The notes under the pieces: generated by a model
What the model was told of the DNA's origin: nothing
Database searches by the model: none
What the model saw: the letters and a program-made list of their open reading frames with translations, nothing else
In this document: positions 56,201-64,000 of the stretch, piece by piece
Numbering within the stretch: position 1 is the first letter of the stretch
Layout of the letters: every line of letters starts with the position of its first letter
Made by a program: the position numbers and the translations under genes
DNA from: the human T2T-CHM13v2.0 reference genome, Homo sapiens
Length of the DNA stretch: 64,000 nucleotides
Assembly (NCBI RefSeq): GCF_009914755.1
Contig: NC_060933.1
Reading direction: 5' to 3' (one strand)

Positions 56201-59200
56201 CCCTGTACTCGGGTTGATTCCATTCCATTCCATTCCAATCCATGCCATTCCACTCGTGTTGATTCCATTCTTTCCATTCCAGTCAAGTTGAATCCATTCC
56301 ATTGCATTCCATTCCATTCGATTCCATTCGATTGCACTCGGGTTGATTCCATTCCACTGCATTCCATTCCATTCCATTCCATTCCATACCATTCCATTCC
56401 ATTCCATTCCGTTCCATTCCATTCCATTACATTCGGATTTATTCTATTCAATTCCCTTAGACTCCATTACATTCCCTTCCATTCGGGTAGTTTCCATTCC
56501 ATTCCATTGCATTCCTCTCCATTCCATTGAACTCGGGTTGATTCCATTCCATTCCATTCCATTCCATTCCATTCAATTCCATTCCGTTCCATTCCATTCC
56601 GTTACATTCGGATTGATTCTATTCAACTCCTTTACTCTCCATTACATTCCATTCCATTCGGGTTGTTCCATTCCATGCCATTCCATTCCACTCCATTCCA
56701 TTGCACTCGGGTTTATTCCATTCCATTCCATTCCATTGCATTCCATTCCATTCCATTCCACTCCTTTCCGTTCCATTCCATTCCATTCCATTCCATTCCC
56801 CTGCACTCGCGTTGATTCCATTCCATTCCATTCCATTCCATTCCATTCCATTCCATTCCACTCCTTTCCGTTCCATTCCATTCCATTCCATTCCATTCCA
56901 ATCCATTCCATTCCGTTCCGTTCCGTTCCATTCCATTCCATTCCATTCTATTCGGGTTAATTCCATTCCATTCCGTTCGATTGCAATCGAGTTGATTCCA
57001 TTCCATTCCATTCCATTCCATTCCATTCCTTTCCATTCCATTACGGATGATTCCATTCCATTGCATTCCATTCCATTCCATTCCCCTGTACCCGGGTTGA
57101 TTCCATTCCATTCCATTCCAATCCATGCCATTCCACTCGTGTTGAATCCATTCTTTCCATTTCATTCAAGTTGAATCCTTTCCCTTGAATTCCATTCCAT
57201 TCCATTCCCCTGCAGTCGGGTTGTTTCCATTCCATTCCATTCCATTCCCCTGCTGTCGGGTTGTTTCCATTCCATTCCATTCCATTCAATTCGATTCCGT
57301 TCCGTTGCATTCCATTCCATTCCATTCTATTCGGGTTAATTCCATTCCATTCCATTCCATTCCATTCCATTCCATTCCATTGCAATCGAGTTGATTCCAT
57401 TCCATTCCATTCAATTCCATTCCACTCTATTCCAGTCCTTTCCATTCCATTCCACTCGGGTTGATTCCAATGTATTCCTTTCCATTCCATTCCATTCCAT
57501 TGCAATCGAGGTGATTCCGTTGCTTTGCATTCCATTCCATTCCATTCCATTCCGGATGATTCCATTGCATTGCATTCCATTCCATTCCATTCCATTCCGT
57601 TCCATTCCATTTCATTACATTCAGATTGATTCTATTCAATTCCCTAACACTCCATTATATTCCAATCCATTCTGGTTGTTTCCATTCCATTCCATTCCAT
57701 TTCACTCCATTCCATTGCACTCGGGTTGATTCCATTCCATTCCATTCCATTGCATTCCATTCCATTCCATTCCGGATGATTCCATTCCATTGCATTCCTT
57801 TCCATTCCATTCCCCTGCACTCGGGTTGATTCCATTCCATTCCATTCCATTACATTCCGTTCAATTCCATTCCATTCCATTCGGATTGATTCTATTCAAT
57901 TCCCTTACACTCCATTACATTCCATTCCATTCGGGTAGTTTCCATTCCATTCCATTCCATTCCTCTCCATTCTATTGCACTTGGGTTGATTCCATTCCAT
58001 TCCATTCCATTCCATTCCATTCCATGCCATTCCATGCCATTCCATTCCGTTCCATTGTACTCGGGTTGATTCCATTCCATTGCATTCCATTCCATTCCAT
58101 TCCATTCCATTCCATTCCATTCCGTTCCATTCCATTACATTCGGATTGATTCTATTCAACTCCCTAACTCTCCATTACATTCCATTCCATTCGGGTTGTT
58201 CCATTCCATTCCATTCCATTCCACTCCATTCCATTCCATTCCATTCCATTCCATTGTACTCGGGTTGATTCCATTCCATTGCATTCCATTCCATTCGATT
58301 CCATCCCATTCCAATTCTTTCCATTCCATTCTATTCCGTAACATTCCATTCCATTCCATACAATTCCATTCCATTGCATTCCACTCCGTTTCGTTCCGTT
58401 CCGTTCCATTCCATTCCATTCCATTCTATTCGTTTTAATTCCATTCCGTTCCATTCCATTCCATTCTATTCCATTCCATTGCAATCGAGTTGAGTCCATT
58501 GCATTCCATTCCATTCCATTCCATTCCATTCCATTCCGGAAGATTCCATTACATTGCATTCCATTCCATTCCATTCCATTCCATTCCATTCCATTCCATT
58601 CCATTCCATTCCATTGTACTCGGGTTGATTCCATTCCATTGCATTCCATTCCATTCCATTCCATTCCATTCCGTTCCATTCCATTCCATTACATTCGGAT
58701 TGATTCTTTTCAACTCCCTTACTCTCCATTACATTGCATTCCATTCGGGTTGTTCCATTCCATTCCTTTCCATTCCACTCCATTCCATTGCACTCGGGTT
58801 GATTCCATTCCATTCCATTCCATTCCATTCCGGATGATTCCATTCCATTGCATTCCGTTCCATTACATTCCACTGCACTCGGGTTGATTCCATTCCATTC
58901 CATTCCATTCCATTCCATTCCATTCCCCTGCACTCGGGTTGATTCCATTCCATTCCATTCCATTCCATACCATTCCATTCCATTCCATTCCATTCCTTTC
59001 CATTCCAGTCCTTTGCATTCCATTCCACTCGGGTTGATTCCATTCTATTAGTTTCCATTCCATTCCATTACCTTCCATTCCACTCTGGTTGATTCCATTC
59101 CTTTCCATTCCACTCGAATACATTCCCTCCTATTCCACTCGGAACGATTCCATTCCATTCCATTCCATTCCATTCCATTCCATTTCGTTGCATTCCATTC

Positions 59201-62200
59201 TATTCCGTATCATTCCATTCCATTCCATTCCATTCCATTCCATTCCATTCCACTCGTGTTGATTCCATTCCTTTCCATTCCATTCGGTTTGAAGGCATTC
59301 CATTCCATTCCATTCCATTCCATTCCATTCCATTCTATTCCATTCCATTCCATTCCATTCCATTCCATTGTACTCGGGTTGATTCCATTCCATTGCATTC
59401 CATTCCATTCCATTCCATTCCTTTCCATTCCGTTGCATTCCATTCCATTACATTCGGATTGATTCTATTCAACTCCCTTACTCTCCATTACTTTCCATTC
59501 CATTCGGGTTGTTCCATTCCATTCCATTCCATTCTACTCCATTCCATTGCACTCGGGTTTATTCCATTCCATTCCATTCCATTCCATTCCGGAAGATTCC
59601 ATTCCATTGCATTCCATTCCATTCCATTCCCCTGAAGTCGCGTTGATTCCATTCCATTCCTTTCCGATCCATTCCATTCCATTCCATTCCATTGCAATCC
59701 ATTCCATTCCGTTCCGTTCCGTTCCATTCCATTCCATTCCATTCTATTCGGGTTAATTCCATTCCATTCCATTCGATTGCAATCGAGTTGATTCCCTTCC
59801 ATTCTATTCCATTCCATTCCATTCCATTCCATTCCTTTCCATTCCATTACGGATGATTCCATTCCATTGCATTCCATTCCATTCCATTCCCTTGTACTCG
59901 GGTTGATTCCATTCCATTCCATTCCAATCCATGCCATTCCACTCGTGTTGATTCAATTCTTTCCATTCCATTCAAGTTGAATCCATTCCATTGCATTCCA
60001 TTCCATTCCATTCCCCTGCACTCGCGTTGATTCCATTCCATTCCATTCCATCTCATTCCATTCCGTACCGTTCCATTCCATTCCATTCCATTCCGTTCCG
60101 TTGCATTCCATTCCATTGCATTCTATTCGGGTTAATTCCATTCCATTCCATTCGATTGCAATCGAGTTGATTCCATTCCATTCCATTCCATTCCATTCCA
60201 TTCCATTCCATTCCATTCCTTTCCATTCCATTACGGATGATTCCATTCCATTGCATTCCATTCCATTCCATTCCCCTTTACTCGGGTTGATTCCATTCCA
60301 TTCCATTCCAATCCATGCCATTCCACTCGTGTTGATTCCATTCTTTCCATTCCATTCAAGTTGAATCCATTCCATTGCATTCCATTGCATTCGATTCCAT
60401 TCGATTGCACTCAGGTTGATTCCATTCCATTGCATTCCATTCCATTCGATTCCATTCCATTCCATTCCATTCCATTCCATTCCGTTCCATTCCATTCCAT
60501 TACTTTCGGATTGATTCTATTCAATTCCCTTACACTCCATTACATTCCATTCCATTCGGGTAGTTTCCATTCCATTCCATTCCATTCCTCTCCATTCCAT
60601 TGCACTCGGGTTGATTCCATTCCATTCCATTCCATTCAATTCCATTCCGTTCCATTCCATTCCATTACATTCGGATTGATTCTATTCAACTCCCTTACTC
60701 TCCATTACATTCCATTCCATTCGGGTTGTTCCATTCCATTCCATTCCATTCCACTCCATTCCATTGCACTCGGGTTTATTCCATTCCATTCCATTCCATT
60801 CCATTCCATTCCGTTCCGTTCCATTCCATTCCATTCCATTCTATTCGGGTTAATTCCATTCCATTCCATTCCATTCCATTCCAATCGAGTTGATTCCATT
60901 CCATTCCATTCCATTCCATTCCACTCCATTCCAGAACTTTCCATTCCATTCCACTCGGGTTGATTCCAATGTATTCCTTTCCATTCCATTTCATTCCATT
61001 GCAATCGAGTTGATTCCATTGCTTTGCATTCCATTCCTTTCCATTCCATTCCGGATGATTCCATTCCATTGCATTCCATTACATTCCATTCTCCTGCACT
61101 CGGGTTGATTCCATTCCATTCCACTCCATTCCGTTCCATTCCATTCCTTTCCATTGTATTCGTGTTAATTCCATTCCATTGCATTCCATTCCATTCCATT
61201 CCATTACAATCGAGTTGATTCCATTCCATTCCATTCCATTCCAGTCCTTTCCATTACATTCCACTCGGGTTGATTCCATTCTATTAGTTTCCATTCCATT
61301 CCATTCCCTTCCATTCCACTCTGGTTGATACCTTTCGTTTCCATTCCACTCGAATACATTCCCTCCTATTCCACTCGGAACGATTCCATTCCATTCCATT
61401 CCATTGCATTCCATTCCATTCCATTCCATTCTATACTATTCCATTCCATTTCGTTCCATTCCATTCTATTCCGTATCATTCCATTCCATTCCATTCCATT
61501 CCATTCCATTCCATTCCATTCCATTGTACTCGGGTTGATTCAATTCCATTGCATTCCATTCCATTCCATTCCATTCGATTCCGTTGCATTCCATTCCATT
61601 ACATTCGGATTTATTCTATTCAACTCCCTTACTCTCCATTACATTCCATTCCATTCGGGTTGTTCCATTCCATTCCATTCCATTCCACTCCATTCCATTG
61701 CACTCGGGTTGATTCCATTCCATTCCATTCCATTCCATTCCATTCCGGATGATTCCATTCCATTGCATTCCGTTCCATTACATTCCCCTGCACTCGCGTT
61801 GATTCCATTCCATTCCATTCCATTCCATTCAATTCCATTCCATTACAATTCGTTCCATTCCATTCTATTCCGTACCATTCCATTCCATTCCATACAATTC
61901 CATTCCATTCCATTCCATTCCATTCCGTTCCATTCCGTTCCATTCCATTCCATTCCATTCTATTCGGATTAATTCCATTCCATTCCATTCCATTCCATTC
62001 TATTCCATTCCATTGCAATCGAGTTGAATCCATTGCATTTCATTCCATTCCATTCCATTCCATTCCATTCCGGAAGATTCCATTCCATTGCATTCCATTC
62101 CATTCCATTCCCCTGCACTCGCGTTGATTCCATTCCATTCCATTCCATTCCATTCCATTCCGTTCCGTTCCATTCCATTCCATTCCATTCCATTCCATTC

Positions 62201-64000
62201 CATTCCGTTCCGTTCCATTCAATTCCATTCCATTCTATTCGGGTTAATTCCATTCCATTCCATTCGATTGCAATCGAGTTGATTCCATTCCATTCCATTC
62301 CATTCCATTCCATTCCATTCCATTCCATTCCTTTCCATTCCATTACGGATGATTCCATTCCATTGCATTCCATTCCATTCCATTCCCCTGTACTCGGGTT
62401 GATTCCATTCCATTCCATTCCAATCCATGCCATTCCACTCGTGTTGATTCCATTCTTTCCATTCCATTCAAGTTGAATCCATTCCATTGCATTCCATTCC
62501 ATTCCATTCCCCTGCAGTCGGGTTGATTCCATTCCATTTCATTCCATTCCATTCCATTCCAATCCATTCCATTCCGTTCCGTTCCATTCCATTCCATTCC
62601 TTTCTATTCGGGTTAATTCCATTCCATTCCATTCCATTCCATTCCGTTCCATTCCATTACTTTCGGATTGATTCTATTCAATTCTCTTACACTCCATTAC
62701 ATTCCATTCCATTCGGGTAGTTTCCATTCCATTCCATTCCATTCCTCTCCATTCCATTGCACTCGTGTTGATTCCATTCTATTGCATTCCATTCCATTCC
62801 ATTCAATTCCATTCCATTCCATTCCATTCCATTACATTCGGATTGATTCTATTCAACTCCCATACTCTCCATTACATTCGATTCCATTCGGGTTGTTCCA
62901 TTCCATTCCATTCCATTCCACTCCATTCCATTGCACTCGGGTTGATTCCATTCCATTCCATTCCATTCCATTCCGGAAGATTCCATTCCATTGCATTCCA
63001 TTCCATTCCATTCCCCTGCACTCGCGTTGATTCCATTCCATTCCATTCCATTCCATTCCATTCCATTCCATTCCATTCCATTCCATTCCTTTCCGTTCCA
63101 TTCCATTCCATTCCATTCCATTCCAATCCATTCCATTCCGTTCCGTTCCGTTCCATTCCATTCCATTCTATTCTATTCGGGTTAATTCCATTCCATTCCA
63201 TTCGATTGCAATCGAGTTGATTCCATTCCATTCCATTCCATTCCATTCCATTCCTTTCCATTCCATTACGGATGATTCCATTCCATTGCATTCCATTCCA
63301 TTCCATTCCCCTGTACTCGGGTTGATTCCATTCCATTCCATTCCAATCCATGCCATTCCACTCGTGTTGATTCCATTCTTTCCATTCCATTCAAGTTGAA
63401 TCCATTCCATTGCATTCCATTCCATTCCATTCCCCTGCAGTCTGGTTGTTTCCATTCCATTCCATTCCATTCCATTCCATTCCGTTCCGTTCCATTCCAT
63501 TATATTCCATTCTATTCGGGTTAATTCCATTCCATTCCATTCCTTTCCATTCCATTCCATTCCAATCGAGTTGATTCCATTCCATTCCATTCCATTCCAT
63601 TCCACTCCATTCCAATACTTTCCATTCCATTCCACTCGGGTTGATTCCAATGTATTCCTTTCCATTCCATTCCATTCCATTGCAATCGAGTTGAATCCAT
63701 TGCTTTGCATTCCGTTCTATTCCATTCCATTCCGGATGATTCCATTCCATTGCATTCCATTCCATTCCATTCCCTTGCACTCGGGTTGATTCCATTCCAT
63801 TCCACTCCATTCCGTTCCATTCCATTCCATTGCATTGTATTCGCGTTAATTCCATTCCATTCCATTCCATTCCATTCCATTCCATTCCATTACAATCGAG
63901 TTAATTCCATTCCATTCCATTCCATTCCAGTCCTTTCCATTCCATTCCTCTCGGGTTGATTCCATTCTATTAGTTTCCATTCCATTCCATTCCCTTCCAT
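53235..64000 (-). repeat. Satellite III (HSat3) array, inverted block (ATTCC on +)
   Basis: (ATTCC)n with ACTCGGGTTG, AATCGAGTTG and CTCCCTTACTCTCC, the reverse complements of the motifs upstream. Runs to the window end. Confidence 0.97.

Larger units (their letters stand above)
47412..62984. promoter_or_regulatory. Cluster of consensus heat-shock elements flanking the inversion
   Basis: Forward sites at 47412, 48270, 51358 and 52191. Reverse sites (ATTCC-GGAAG-ATTCC) at 54914, 55069, 55902, 58533, 59586, 62067 and 62970. One variant site, ATTCC-AGAAC-TTTCC, at 60928. Motif match only. Confidence 0.55.

Noticed and set aside
1-64000. Hundreds of ORFs (MEWNG / IPFHS repeats, up to 417 aa) as protein-coding genes
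   Set aside because: (GGAAT)n has an ATG every 5 bp and no stop codon, and because 5 and 3 are coprime all frames give the same peptide. ORFs overlap in all six frames with no domain or gene structure.
1-64000. HSat2, alpha satellite or telomeric repeat
   Set aside because: No dominant CATTCGATTC/GATGAT HSat2 unit, no 171-bp monomer or CENP-B box, and no TTAGGG.
42500-64000. Perfect palindrome or fold-back artefact centred on 53236
   Set aside because: The motif order right of the junction does not mirror the left, and the right arm has private variants.
1-64000. SCA31-type (TGGAA)n expansion within a gene
   Set aside because: No flanking unique or intronic sequence; the size and complex variants indicate a pericentromeric array.

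Overview
The entire 64 kb is one pericentromeric satellite array, human/great-ape Satellite III (HSat3). It consists of (GGAAT)n runs interrupted by CAACCCGAGT-type 10-mers and other variant pentamers. I see no genuine gene, RNA gene, transposon or CRISPR array; every listed ORF (poly-MEWNG / poly-IPFHS) is an arithmetic by-product of the pentamer. The non-trivial structure is: (1) a strand inversion at 53,235-53,236 joined by a 2-bp CC microhomology, with a divergent ~0.5 kb flank; (2) two interleaved sequence types, A and B, with different variant vocabularies and different 5-bp register behaviour; (3) about 20 perfect three-unit heat-shock elements (GAAnnTTCnnGAA) and a 14-bp palindrome, both found only in type B; (4) nested duplications of 55 bp to 5 kb, plus a rearranged reiteration 27-38 kb downstream. 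A chr9q12-like origin is plausible but unverified. All counts and alignments were made by eye, so block boundaries are approximate.
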